Virus record (IMG/VR): IMGVR_UViG_3300041955_001975
Location: 1 to 26,737 of that record
Length of the DNA: 26,737 nucleotides
From: a virus
Lineage: Duplodnaviria; Heunggongvirae; Uroviricota; Caudoviricetes
Direction: 5' to 3' (one strand)
The notes below the pieces were generated by a model. The model searched no databases. It saw only the letters and a program-made list of their open reading frames with translations, and was not told the origin of the DNA. The first letter of the stretch is position 1. Each line of letters starts with the position of its first letter. The position numbers were made by a program, and so were the translations under genes. Of this stretch, positions 15,119 to 23,973 are shown one piece after another.

Positions 15119-16771
15119 ATGGGTATGGATGTCAGTGTCCACTCGGGCGTTCTTGTGCCACTCCAAAGCGTACTTCGCTTCATTCCTGCGAAGCGCTATT
15201 CCCAAATGCTCAAGCAAGCCAGGAATGCCTGCGAGACAGACGAGGCATTTCGGAAGGCGTTCGGTGAATTGGATAGGAGTGGCACAATTACCTTCGACGA
15301 GTTGAAGGACCGTCTGTACAAGACAGCCAAGAGTCTTTTGGCCACCGATTCGGAAACGCTTCAGTGGAGTGAAATCGACGAATACGAACATCAAACGCTG
15401 TTCTCGTTACTATTGGAGAGTCTGCCGCACAGGTTTGGCTTCCTCGACAACTCGCGGCAATGGGTAGCGGGACCACCTTTTGACGAGCTAGGTGGATTCC
15501 ATGAGGGACTGTGCTCTGCAAAGACGAACGGGCTGTGGGGTGTGATTGACAAGCAAGGACGTTGGGTGATTGACCCGCACTTCGAGGACATCGGTGACTT
15601 TCACAGGGGGCTGGCAATCGCATCGAGCCATGATTTGTGCGGCTTTATCGACGCCAAAGGCAGGTGGGTCATCGAGCCAATGTTCGACGGGGCCGAGACC
15701 TTCATCGAAGGCCCAAACTTTGCGAGTTCCGATGGATTGTGGGGTTTCATTGATGCGCAAGGGAAATGGTTGATCGAGCCGCGATTCAAGCCCATCTGCG
15801 TCGGTTTCGTGGACGGCCTTGCTGCCGTGAGGCAAGACCAACTCGTCGGCTATATCGACGAGGAAGGACGATGGGTTATCGAGCCCCAGTTCGTGGAAAG
15901 CTCTCACTTCGTCATGGGGCTTGCCCTAGCAGAGGCGGACGGAGGATCATGGGGCATTATTGACAAACAGGGCAAGTGGGTTGTCGAACCGCAGTTCGCC
16001 GACTTATCTCTGTCTGGTGCGCCAGGCGTATATTGGGCAAAGTCTGATAATCTATGGGGACTTCTGGACCGACACGGCCAATGGCTCATTTCTCCTACAC
16101 TTCAATTCATCGAAGGGCCGTTCACAAACGGGGTCGCGGTCGCCATTGTTGATGGTAAGTACGGTGCAATAACCGTAGAGGGGAAATGGCTCATTCCCCC
16201 GCACTTTGAATGGTTGGGACCGTTGTGTGATGGGCTCTTGTGTGCCGCCGAGAACGATCGCGTTGGCTTTGTTGACAAGATGGGCGAATGGGTGATTGAA
16301 CCTCAATTCGAGCAAGTCGAACCGTTTCGTGAGGGTCATGCTCTTGCAAAGAGCGAGGCGTTATGGGGTGTAATTGATCGTTCAGGCAAATGGGTGGTCG
16401 CTCCGAAATTCGACGACCCAGAATACGGCTGGACGTTCGAGGACGGTGTGGCAGTGTTCAAGCACGAAGGAGTGTGGGCAGGCATCAATCCAAGGGGCGA
16501 ATGGGTCATTGAACCCGCGTGTAAGTACGTAACCTTGTCGGAAGATGAAGAGCCCGCTGGGGGACATGTCTTACCGAAAATCAAGATGATTCTGGCTTTC
16601 CACCAGCCTAGATTGACGGGTACATGGGATTTCAAAGACGGTGAGCCGTATGTTGTATTCGACAAGTCCGAGTTCGTCGTCGAGCGGCTGACTGAAAACG
16701 CGGAGGCTCTCGCCAAGGTTATCGGTGAGGAAAACCTACATTGCAACCACTGGACGAATTTTAGCAACTGA
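15119..16771 (+). CDS. WG-repeat protein, paralog 2
   Basis: Same 11-repeat architecture, shared N- and C-terminal segments, and a duplicated ~50-nt leader. Confidence 0.85.
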   Translation: MGMDVSVHSGVLVPLQSVLRFIPAKRYSQMLKQARNACETDEAFRKAFGELDRSGTITFDELKDRLYKTAKSLLATDSETLQWSEIDEYEHQTLFSLLLESLPHRFGFLDNSRQWVAGPPFDELGGFHEGLCSAKTNGLWGVIDKQGRWVIDPHFEDIGDFHRGLAIASSHDLCGFIDAKGRWVIEPMFDGAETFIEGPNFASSDGLWGFIDAQGKWLIEPRFKPICVGFVDGLAAVRQDQLVGYIDEEGRWVIEPQFVESSHFVMGLALAEADGGSWGIIDKQGKWVVEPQFADLSLSGAPGVYWAKSDNLWGLLDRHGQWLISPTLQFIEGPFTNGVAVAIVDGKYGAITVEGKWLIPPHFEWLGPLCDGLLCAAENDRVGFVDKMGEWVIEPQFEQVEPFREGHALAKSEALWGVIDRSGKWVVAPKFDDPEYGWTFEDGVAVFKHEGVWAGINPRGEWVIEPACKYVTLSEDEEPAGGHVLPKIKMILAFHQPRLTGTWDFKDGEPYVVFDKSEFVVERLTENAEALAKVIGEENLHCNHWTNFSN

Positions 16772-16868
16772 GTGCGGATCGGCCTCCTGCCATCGCTTAT
16801 ATGGCGGAGAAAACACTTACCCATTCCAACCTGACATAGGGGGTCGCACGACGGCGACTGTGGTCACA

Positions 16869-16988
16869 ATGAGCCCTGGGATTTTGCTAATCATTTTAGC
16901 AGGGTTAGCTATAGCGATAGCTAAACACTTCATGGAGAAGAGAGACCACTCCGAATCTGAAAGGAAAAGGAACGGCAAGATACGTTAG
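16869..16988 (+). CDS. small single-TM peptide (39 aa)
   Basis: MSPGILLIILAGLAIAIAKHF followed by a charged tail. Confidence 0.4.
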   Translation: MSPGILLIILAGLAIAIAKHFMEKRDHSESERKRNGKIR

Positions 16989-17095
16989 AGGCACAGGTTC
17001 GCATTCGTCAATATCAATTACAGCAGAAGGGTGAATTGAGGCGAGAAGGCGAGTATTCAGGAAGCCGGTCCCTTTACCACGGGTGCATTCCTGGA

Positions 17096-17851
17096 TCATG
17101 CCCCCTCCCAGATGGCTCGGTGGACGTAGCCGCTGCGGATCAGCCCGTGTTCCGCCGCGATCTTTTCGCAGTAGCCCCTGTCGATCTCGAAAAGGGAGCA
17201 GGGCAGGCCGAGACGTTTACACACTCTCAGCGTCGTCCCCGTGCCCGCGAAGGGATCGACCACGACGCCGCCGGGCGGTGTCGTCAGCTTCAGGCACCGT
17301 TCGACTAGCCCCTCGTTCAGTTGGGTCGGGTGCCACGGGCGGCGCTGCTTGCTGTTGCCTGTGACCCGCGTGAAGTCGAAAACGTCGCCCGGCACCCGCC
17401 CGCGGGGATCAGCACGCTTGTCGCCGTTCTCCTGCCGCCAACTCGGCACGCGGATGGCGTCCGGGTAGAGCGGGGCGTCGGACCAGCGAAGTCGCAAGAG
17501 CGGCCGATGGTTATTGCCCAGGTCGTGGTGGCTATGCTGGCCGAAAGTGAACGTCTGGACGCAGGGCTTGGCCTCGATCGCGCTGCCGTGCTGGCCCTCG
17601 ATCTCGGTCACGATGCGGCCTACTTGGAAGGTCCATTTCGCGTTGTAGGAGAGCCATACCGTCTTTGCCCTCGTGATGAAGCAGTTGAGCCAGCCGCGGA
17701 GCAAGTCGATGTAATCGCTCTCGGTGCGACGATCCTTGTAGGTGTCGTAGCCCAGGCCGATGTTGTCCGGCGGATCGGCGAACAATGTGTCCACCCGATC
17801 TGCCCCGGGCATCCACTCCATGCAGTCAGCATTGACAAGCGAGTATTTCAT
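17096..17851 (-). CDS. DNA amino-methyltransferase (N4/N6, beta class)
   Basis: Motif IV variant FADPPDNIG precedes motif I VVDPFAGTGTT; HPTQLNEGLVERC. Confidence 0.85.
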   Translation of the reverse strand: MKYSLVNADCMEWMPGADRVDTLFADPPDNIGLGYDTYKDRRTESDYIDLLRGWLNCFITRAKTVWLSYNAKWTFQVGRIVTEIEGQHGSAIEAKPCVQTFTFGQHSHHDLGNNHRPLLRLRWSDAPLYPDAIRVPSWRQENGDKRADPRGRVPGDVFDFTRVTGNSKQRRPWHPTQLNEGLVERCLKLTTPPGGVVVDPFAGTGTTLRVCKRLGLPCSLFEIDRGYCEKIAAEHGLIRSGYVHRAIWEGA

Positions 17852-18507
17852 GTTGGGTCCAGTGCGGTCTCCGGCAGGAAGTAGTGGGAGCCGATGCCCT
17901 TGACGTTGAAGATCAGGATCTCGGCGTGAAACTCCACGCCGGGGAACGTGTCCAGCGGAAGCGACACGATGCTGGTCAGCTTGGCACCGCAATCCCGCAG
18001 CCATCGCCAGCGGGTGCTCTTGCGCCGTTGATTGAGACGCATCCCCATCGGTGCGAACATGACCGTTGGCGTCCCGTACCCGAACAGCTTGAACGTGTGC
18101 TCCAGGAAGACCTCCGGGTACAGCCTCCGGCCGCTGGCCCCGTTGAAGGGCGGATTGCAGAGCACGAGATCCGGGCGCGCCATGTCCGTTTGATCTTCAT
18201 ACCGGCCGTGACAAAACTCGTTGCAGTAGGCACTTCCTCGGTCGTCAATGTCGCAACCGTAGATGTAGTGGCCGCTGCTGACCCAAGGGGCCGTCAATCG
18301 GCCGGTGCCAATGGCCGGGTCCAGGACAAGATGGAACCAGTGCCGGCAGCGACCGCCCCCGGCACACGGCCCGCGAGCGGCTCGCAAGGGTCGGGCATTG
18401 CACAGCGTCGTGTAAAGAAACTGTGCAACGCTGCTCGGCGTGTAGATGTCGCTCCGCTTCGGGTTGGCGGTGTAGTCGTTTCGTTTGACGGTCAGCGGGC
18501 TCACCAT
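17848..18507 (-). CDS. DNA N6-adenine methyltransferase (gamma-type motif order)
   Basis: DIYTPSSVA, motif I VLDPAIGTG, motif IV LCNPPFNG. Confidence 0.85.
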   Translation of the reverse strand: MVSPLTVKRNDYTANPKRSDIYTPSSVAQFLYTTLCNARPLRAARGPCAGGGRCRHWFHLVLDPAIGTGRLTAPWVSSGHYIYGCDIDDRGSAYCNEFCHGRYEDQTDMARPDLVLCNPPFNGASGRRLYPEVFLEHTFKLFGYGTPTVMFAPMGMRLNQRRKSTRWRWLRDCGAKLTSIVSLPLDTFPGVEFHAEILIFNVKGIGSHYFLPETALDPT

Positions 18508-18782
18508 TACTTTGTCTCTTTGGACCACGTTGTCTGTCGTTTGCAGTACCGAACGGTCAGATAGGTCCCCAGCCAGTTTCCGAGCCCGTAGGCGACAATG
18601 GCCGCGGCGCACCGTTCGACGACCAACAGGGTTGACACCAGGCCAAGCATGTAAATCAACAAGGCGAGGTGCGCGGCCTGTGCCGCATGACGGTCGCGGA
18701 CGGAGTTCACGCAGAGTGCCCAGAGAATGTCGAAAACGAAGCCACACAGGAACGCCACGGCGACGAGCGAATAGCCGCTCAT
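18507..18782 (-). CDS. small multi-TM hypothetical protein
   Basis: Three hydrophobic stretches (LVAVAFLCGFVFDILWAL; LALLIYMLGLVSTLLVV; IVAYGLGNWLGTYLTV). Confidence 0.65.
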   Translation of the reverse strand: MSGYSLVAVAFLCGFVFDILWALCVNSVRDRHAAQAAHLALLIYMLGLVSTLLVVERCAAAIVAYGLGNWLGTYLTVRYCKRQTTWSKETK

Positions 18783-18940
18783 AATGATCCTCCCACCTCC
18801 CCGGCCATCGCGTGGCACTCGGGGCACTCCAGGTTGGACGACTCCTCGGTCGAGAACACGGCCACCCAGGTGTGGCCGCAGACCCGGCAGCAGGCGAAGC
18901 CGGTGGCCCACTGAGGCTCCTCGTTCAATTGCTCAGACAT
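18779..18940 (-). CDS. small Zn-ribbon protein
   Basis: CRVCGHTW...LECPECH. Confidence 0.65.
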   Translation of the reverse strand: MSEQLNEEPQWATGFACCRVCGHTWVAVFSTEESSNLECPECHAMAGEVGGSL

Positions 18941-18980
18941 CGGACCCTCCATCCCCCGTGCTTGCTCTCGGTCATGGCGG

Positions 18981-19634
18981 TCAGACCTTGAGGCGAATAC
19001 TGTAATCGCACGACACAACGTCGTCGGGCTTCATGGCGTATCCCATGCACTTGCCCGCCAAAGCGTTGCCGAAGCGGTCAAAGACAGCCAACGACTTCAG
19101 GTTGGCTTCCTTCACAGCCGTCAGGCGGCCGAAGTGCAGTGTGAGGGATGCGCCATCGGGCCGGATGTCGCGCGTGATTCGCTTGGGATTGCCAAGATCG
19201 TAGGTATATTGCCCGGTCACTAGCCTGCCGCGCCAAGACTCGAAGCAGTCGATCGACGCCTCGAACAGTGACAAGACCTTCCTGGTGTGCTCAAGAATGC
19301 CGCGAGGCGCAATCGCAGGGGCGCTCAGCTTAGCGGTGTCCGATGGGTCCACCTCCTTGAACTCGCTTCGCCGAGCAGCGAGGCAACTGACCTGCCAGAC
19401 CTGTCCCGAAGGGCCAGCCTCGCCAGCCTTGTCCAGGCCGACGATGTAGTTGACGGACGCAGGCGGATTGGACGAATTGGTTGCCTGCGGATCGGCAAAG
19501 CCGCTCAAGGAGTCAAGCAGATCCTCGACTTTCTTCTGGCGGCGTGTCTTCCGGGAGGCGGTCGAAGCAACCTTGGACGTTGACGTTGCCGTCTTGCGCG
19601 TTAACTTGCGCACCGTTTTGCGCATCTTCTTCAT
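18981..19634 (-). CDS. hypothetical protein with basic N-terminus (217 aa)
   Basis: Long ORF in the co-oriented run. Confidence 0.6.
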   Translation of the reverse strand: MKKMRKTVRKLTRKTATSTSKVASTASRKTRRQKKVEDLLDSLSGFADPQATNSSNPPASVNYIVGLDKAGEAGPSGQVWQVSCLAARRSEFKEVDPSDTAKLSAPAIAPRGILEHTRKVLSLFEASIDCFESWRGRLVTGQYTYDLGNPKRITRDIRPDGASLTLHFGRLTAVKEANLKSLAVFDRFGNALAGKCMGYAMKPDDVVSCDYSIRLKV

Positions 19635-19896
19635 GGGTGCATTCTCTTGAGGCGGTAAAGGACAAAGTAATAACAGGGACGAGTTCGTCCGGCCCGACGA
19701 ATGCGTCCTCGTCCCTGTAGTCGATGGTCAGGGCGAGACCGGTATCGTCCAAGTGGTTCACGGCAGCCAGCAGCTTCTGGAAGACCCTGACGAAGTGCTC
19801 CGGTGCCAGCTTGGACGTGCGGAGGCGCTCCAGGGCGGCGGGAAGGATCGTCTTCGGCTGCCTCGGTCGGTCAGTAGTGATACTCGCGTCCGCCAT
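19513..19896 (-). CDS. hypothetical protein
   Basis: ORF overlapping the upstream stop; 3' end overlaps the next gene by 122 nt. Confidence 0.5.
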   Translation of the reverse strand: MADASITTDRPRQPKTILPAALERLRTSKLAPEHFVRVFQKLLAAVNHLDDTGLALTIDYRDEDAFVGPDELVPVITLSFTASRECTHEEDAQNGAQVNAQDGNVNVQGCFDRLPEDTPPEESRGSA

Positions 19897-20083
19897 ACTG
19901 TCCCTCGCTGTAGCAGGCGTGCTTCGTTGTGCAGATCAGGATGGCGATAAGCGGCCAGACGAAAAGCGACGGCACCAGGTTCTCGTACCACTCAGTCCTG
20001 TAATTGGCGAGCATCGCATCCGCCTTGACGGTGACGGCGGCACCAATGATCCAGAGGCAGAGCAGGGCAATCAGCAGGTACAT
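19871..20083 (-). CDS. small membrane protein
   Basis: Two hydrophobic segments. Confidence 0.55.
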   Translation of the reverse strand: MYLLIALLCLWIIGAAVTVKADAMLANYRTEWYENLVPSLFVWPLIAILICTTKHACYSEGQYGGREYHY

Positions 20084-20086
20084 GGT

Positions 20087-21088
20087 TCACCATTTCTTCG
20101 TGCGGACGCATTCCGCAAAAAAGTCATCCTTCACCGATCCATCGGACATGAGGCCGCCGGCCATGTTGTCGAGCACCTCACAGCGGGACCGACTTTCCTC
20201 GGGGGTCATGTCGGTAAAGACATGGCCGCTGGTAATGGCGGTCCAGCAGCGGGCAACCCGCTTCACGAGAGCTTCCTGATGGGCCTTGCTCACGCGACCG
20301 CGGTGGTTTGCCACGCGAAGCAGCGGCCTCGCGTCGGGGCCCAGGTACTTGGCGACGATCTCGTCGATCATCAGGACGACGTTCTCATCGCCCACGGCCT
20401 CGCCCAGCAGCCAGCCGTAGAGGCAGAGCTGATCGGCGTACTCGTTGTTGCACCCCTCCATGTAGCCGGAATTGATTAACAGGCCGTGGTAGTTCATCCC
20501 CAGGAAGTTGGCGTGCTCCTTGCAATGGCTGCGGCTCGGCTTGTCGGACAAGTAGCCATCGCGGCAGAGCATATAGCCCTTGGACGGGCTCGCCCCGTAC
20601 TTGGAGCAGTAGCCGTGGACTTTCCAGTCGAGGATGACGTGGATCGGTCCGTCGCCCAGGTCGAGCACGAAGCGGCAGTCCGGTTTGCCCAAGAAGGGTG
20701 CGCCGCCGATGAGGCCCTCGACCTTGAACTCGAAGCGTGGCGGCTCGATGCTTCTCTGCAAGAGGACAAACAACTCCTCGTAGGCCCCGGTCAGCTTGTA
20801 GCACTTCCAGATGTGCTTGCCGGCCTTCAGGGCGAAGTCGCGGCACTGCGGCTCGACCTGGCTCTCGAAGATCGCGCCGAACTCGAATTGCGGATTGCTG
20901 CTCACGCCGAACAGTTGCGAGTGCAGGGCGGCCTTGACGAAGGCGTCGAAGGCGGACCCCACAGCCATCGGCGGCTCCTGGGGCAGGCGCGGGGCGGCCT
21001 TGTCCGCCAGGTAGCGCATGTAGAACTCCTCGACATCCTTCTCGAAGAGGCTGAGGGACGAGTAGCTGAGGGATCTTGGTGTCTTCAT
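20087..21088 (-). CDS. PD-(D/E)XK nuclease (RecB/Cas4-like phage exonuclease)
   Basis: SLSYSSLSLF, GSAFD, GKPDC, ILDWK, QLCLYGW motifs. Confidence 0.8.
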   Translation of the reverse strand: MKTPRSLSYSSLSLFEKDVEEFYMRYLADKAAPRLPQEPPMAVGSAFDAFVKAALHSQLFGVSSNPQFEFGAIFESQVEPQCRDFALKAGKHIWKCYKLTGAYEELFVLLQRSIEPPRFEFKVEGLIGGAPFLGKPDCRFVLDLGDGPIHVILDWKVHGYCSKYGASPSKGYMLCRDGYLSDKPSRSHCKEHANFLGMNYHGLLINSGYMEGCNNEYADQLCLYGWLLGEAVGDENVVLMIDEIVAKYLGPDARPLLRVANHRGRVSKAHQEALVKRVARCWTAITSGHVFTDMTPEESRSRCEVLDNMAGGLMSDGSVKDDFFAECVRTKKW

Positions 21089-21091
21089 GGG

Positions 21092-21511
21092 TCAGGTCCA
21101 GAGCAGGCCCCGCAGGGCGATCAGTTTGTTGAGCATCTTGGTGTCGGTCTCGTAGTCGTCGAACTGGTCGTCGTTCTTACGCTGCCGCCACCAGGAATAG
21201 AGCACCCGTAACTCCTGCCACTCGGTTGCTCGACGGCGGGCCTCTCCTTCGCCGCAGTCCAGGTAAAGCGCGTAAACGTCCTGATAGAAGTGACCTTCTT
21301 CCTGGGTCACAAAGTCTTCAAGGATCTGGAAGGCCGCGTAGAGCAGCAGGTGGTCACGGTCGCACCAGGTCGGCCCCAGGGATCGGCAAACGACGACGTT
21401 GTAGCGGTGCCAGAGTCGGCATGTGAGCCAGTACCAGCGGTCGTGCAGCCAGCGCCGGGCGTCTCCCAATCGCCGCCAAGGGCTCCGCTTTCGTATTGGT
21501 TGCTTGCTCAT
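21092..21511 (-). CDS. hypothetical protein (139 aa, Trp-rich)
   Basis: WCDRDHLLLYAAFQILEDFV...ELYSWW-like pattern; ends LIALRGLLWT. Confidence 0.7.
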   Translation of the reverse strand: MSKQPIRKRSPWRRLGDARRWLHDRWYWLTCRLWHRYNVVVCRSLGPTWCDRDHLLLYAAFQILEDFVTQEEGHFYQDVYALYLDCGEGEARRRATEWQELRVLYSWWRQRKNDDQFDDYETDTKMLNKLIALRGLLWT

Positions 21512-21840
21512 GGCTTGTTCGGGGGTCTGGATGCGATCCCGGAGTCGGGCTTGGACTCGGGTTCAGCCGCCGGCTTGACCTTGGGCTCGGCCGGCTTGAT
21601 CTGGGCCTCGATTGGCTCGATCCTGGGCTCGGTCTTGGGCTCGGCCGGCGGCGGCAGCGGTGCTGGCTCCGTGTCCGGTGGCAGCGGGAGCCGAAGAACC
21701 TCCCAATCACCCGCGGTCGCGGGCGGCTGTGGAGCCGGTCGAATGGCCGGCTTGCCCATGAAAATGGCCGCGACGATCAAGGCCGACATCGCCATGAGGC
21801 CGAGCAGGATGCTGAGGGGGTTGTCGTTGTTCCGGTTCAT
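21508..21840 (-). CDS. membrane-anchored Pro-rich protein
   Basis: TM helix LSILLGLMAMSALIVAAIF then EP/KP repeats; ATGA overlap. Confidence 0.65.
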   Translation of the reverse strand: MNRNNDNPLSILLGLMAMSALIVAAIFMGKPAIRPAPQPPATAGDWEVLRLPLPPDTEPAPLPPPAEPKTEPRIEPIEAQIKPAEPKVKPAAEPESKPDSGIASRPPNKP

Positions 21841-22475
21841 GTTGGCATTCCAGGTGGTGAGAAGATTCCCGTGAAGGCCGTGGCGTCCGACCAGAACTCT
21901 TTGAGGTGCGGAAGCCCGACTTTCAGGATGCCGCAGCCGTGGAGCCAATTCAGGATGCCTTCGGGCGTGAGAACGTGGGGGTGACAGTCGTCGGCCGGGA
22001 TGTAGAGCCACTCGAAGATGCGCAGGACGCCGTGGGGCGAGACGCGGGCGACAGCGTTGGTTACGACCTTGGCCGGGTCCTGGACGTGCTGGAGCACGTT
22101 GTACAGCCACACCTCGTCGAACAGGGCGTTGCCGAGCTGTTGGCTGCCCAGGCCCTCGCCCGGGGCCTGGATAAACTCAATCTTGTAGTTGGCGTATCGC
22201 CTATGGACTGAAGGCGGCCATTCGCAGGGGTCCGCCACAACCAACCGCTTGGCACCAATGCAGCGTAGGGTCATGCTGACCGGACCGCCGCCCACGTCCA
22301 GCACGGTCTTGCCCGGCATGTACAGCTCACCATTGAGCGTGCCGTAGTCCTCGAACAGCCCCATTTCACGGCCGTACATTTCCTGCTTGGCAAACTCGCC
22401 CCAGGCTCGCATCCCGAGACAATTGCCCCAGTATTCGGCCTCGTGCTTCTGCGTCTCATTCCAGTCGGCGGTCAT
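21837..22475 (-). CDS. class I SAM-dependent methyltransferase
   Basis: VLDVGGGP motif I, FDEVWLYNVLQHV. Confidence 0.8.
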   Translation of the reverse strand: MTADWNETQKHEAEYWGNCLGMRAWGEFAKQEMYGREMGLFEDYGTLNGELYMPGKTVLDVGGGPVSMTLRCIGAKRLVVADPCEWPPSVHRRYANYKIEFIQAPGEGLGSQQLGNALFDEVWLYNVLQHVQDPAKVVTNAVARVSPHGVLRIFEWLYIPADDCHPHVLTPEGILNWLHGCGILKVGLPHLKEFWSDATAFTGIFSPPGMPT

Positions 22476-22490
22476 GCTGCATCTCCTGGC

Positions 22491-22907
22491 CTAGCGGCCC
22501 TGGACCCCGTTTGTACTGAAGTCAAATGATCCCGACGGCCCGCTCGGCAGCTCGACAACCGCTTCGTGCGCCTGCCCGACCAGCCCGGTCGTCCCTTCCC
22601 CGGCGCGGTTGTCGTTGGGGCCTGTCTCCCCGGTCAGCCCGGCAGTGACGGCAGCGAACTTCGCGGCTACGGCGGCCGGCACTGGCTGCGGCTCTCCGAA
22701 GTGCCCCAGAATCTTGGCGACGACGACCTGCTCGCGGAGGGCTGGCGGCATGTCTTCCAGTGCCTGGATCTTCTTCAGGCAGCAGCGTTTGGCCTTCTTG
22801 CCGGAGCCACAGGGACAGAGATCGTTCCGGCCGACGTAAATCGACCCCTGTGCCGACGCCCTCTTCCGTTTTGCCTCGACGAGTCGCTTCTTGGTCTTGG
22901 TGCTCAT
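22491..22907 (-). CDS. SEC-C motif protein
   Basis: [19 protein letters not shown]. Confidence 0.85.
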   Translation of the reverse strand: MSTKTKKRLVEAKRKRASAQGSIYVGRNDLCPCGSGKKAKRCCLKKIQALEDMPPALREQVVVAKILGHFGEPQPVPAAVAAKFAAVTAGLTGETGPNDNRAGEGTTGLVGQAHEAVVELPSGPSGSFDFSTNGVQGR

Positions 22908-22937
22908 GGTTACCTGCTGGTTACCTGCTCTGGTTAT

Positions 22938-23108
22938 TCACGAGTGGAACTCGAAGCCGAACGCATGGCCCGTCATGCCGAGACCGCCAAAGACGACGAG
23001 GATGGCAAGCATCCCGTCGATGTTCCAGAAGCGCCAGGCGGCAGCGGCTCCGAAGGCGATCACGAGTCCAAGGGTCGCTTGAACGGTTTCCTTCACAGCA
23101 TCGTTCAT
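22938..23108 (-). CDS. small two-TM protein
   Basis: Hydrophobic 56-aa ORF with ATGA overlap. Confidence 0.55.
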   Translation of the reverse strand: MNDAVKETVQATLGLVIAFGAAAAWRFWNIDGMLAILVVFGGLGMTGHAFGFEFHS

Positions 23109-23326
23109 GGTTGTCGAGCCTTTCCAAAGGGGATTTGATGCCAGAGTCGTTCGTGGAAGTAGAACAGGATCAGCTTCACGATGAAGCAGATCAGGGTGAA
23201 CACGGCACAGCCGCCGACGTTGCCGAACATGGCGAAAGCCAAGGCGAAGCAGACAAGGTTGCTGAAAGTTTCCCAAGTCAGTGCCTTGGCGACGGTACGC
23301 TTTGGTGCGCTGGGGTCGGGCTTCAT
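23105..23326 (-). CDS. DUF2061-like small membrane protein
   Basis: RTVAKALTWE ... FYFHERLWHQIPFG pattern. Confidence 0.7.
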   Translation of the reverse strand: MKPDPSAPKRTVAKALTWETFSNLVCFALAFAMFGNVGGCAVFTLICFIVKLILFYFHERLWHQIPFGKARQP

Positions 23327-23973
23327 CTCCTCCCTCGCTTCGCGGTTCGCTTGGCGGTCAGGCGATTTCTCCGGCCGATGTACCGGCTTGCAGACTCGAC
23401 GCAAGGTTTGCCCATCCAGTTGAAGAAGTACCAGCGGTTGAGCCGGTCGATCACCGGGTCGTGGTCGATGTGCCGCAGGTAGGTCTTCACTTCGTCCCAC
23501 GTCGAGAAGATCATCTCGAAGGGGAGCGTGCCGAAGAGCCAATCCGGGCAGTTCTCGATGCCCTGAGCCACGCGAACGAGGATGGGCTTCTTTTCCCGGT
23601 TGGCCAGGAACAACTCTTCGTAGGTGCCCGTTGCGTGAACTTGCAGGTCGATGTTCACGATGAGGAAGTCGGCCACGTCCACCATCCGCAGATCGACCGG
23701 GCGAATCTGCTTCATCTGGTTGCGGACGAACTCAAAGTCGCCGGATCGCTTCGCCTTGTGGCGCAGTTCGCGGTTCTCCAGGTCTTCGACGCCGATGTCG
23801 ATGGGCTTTCGGCACGGGTCGAGCCAGAGGATGTTCAGGTCGCTCAACGAGTCGATCAGGTCTTGACGCCAGCCGATGCCGCCGTCAATCACGCGGTCCA
23901 TTGCCCCGCACAGGTAGCCCCGGTTCAGGGCCAGCCGGTTCATGGCGGGCTTTCTCACGGCCTGTTTCTTCAC
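23323..23973 (-). CDS. nucleoside 2-deoxyribosyltransferase / dNMP N-glycosidase-like protein
   Basis: YLCGAMD, WLDP, DLRMVDVADFLIV, GTYEEL motifs; GTG start overlaps the deoC stop. Confidence 0.78.
   Translation of the reverse strand: MKKQAVRKPAMNRLALNRGYLCGAMDRVIDGGIGWRQDLIDSLSDLNILWLDPCRKPIDIGVEDLENRELRHKAKRSGDFEFVRNQMKQIRPVDLRMVDVADFLIVNIDLQVHATGTYEELFLANREKKPILVRVAQGIENCPDWLFGTLPFEMIFSTWDEVKTYLRHIDHDPVIDRLNRWYFFNWMGKPCVESASRYIGRRNRLTAKRTAKRGRR

Noticed and set aside
13215-16771. Diversity-generating retroelement TR/VR pair
   Set aside because: No reverse transcriptase in the window; differences between the paralogs include indels and non-adenine changes.
20087-21088. Annotating as cas4
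   Set aside because: 16 kb from the array and lacks the Fe-S cysteine pattern; a generic phage PD-(D/E)XK call is safer.
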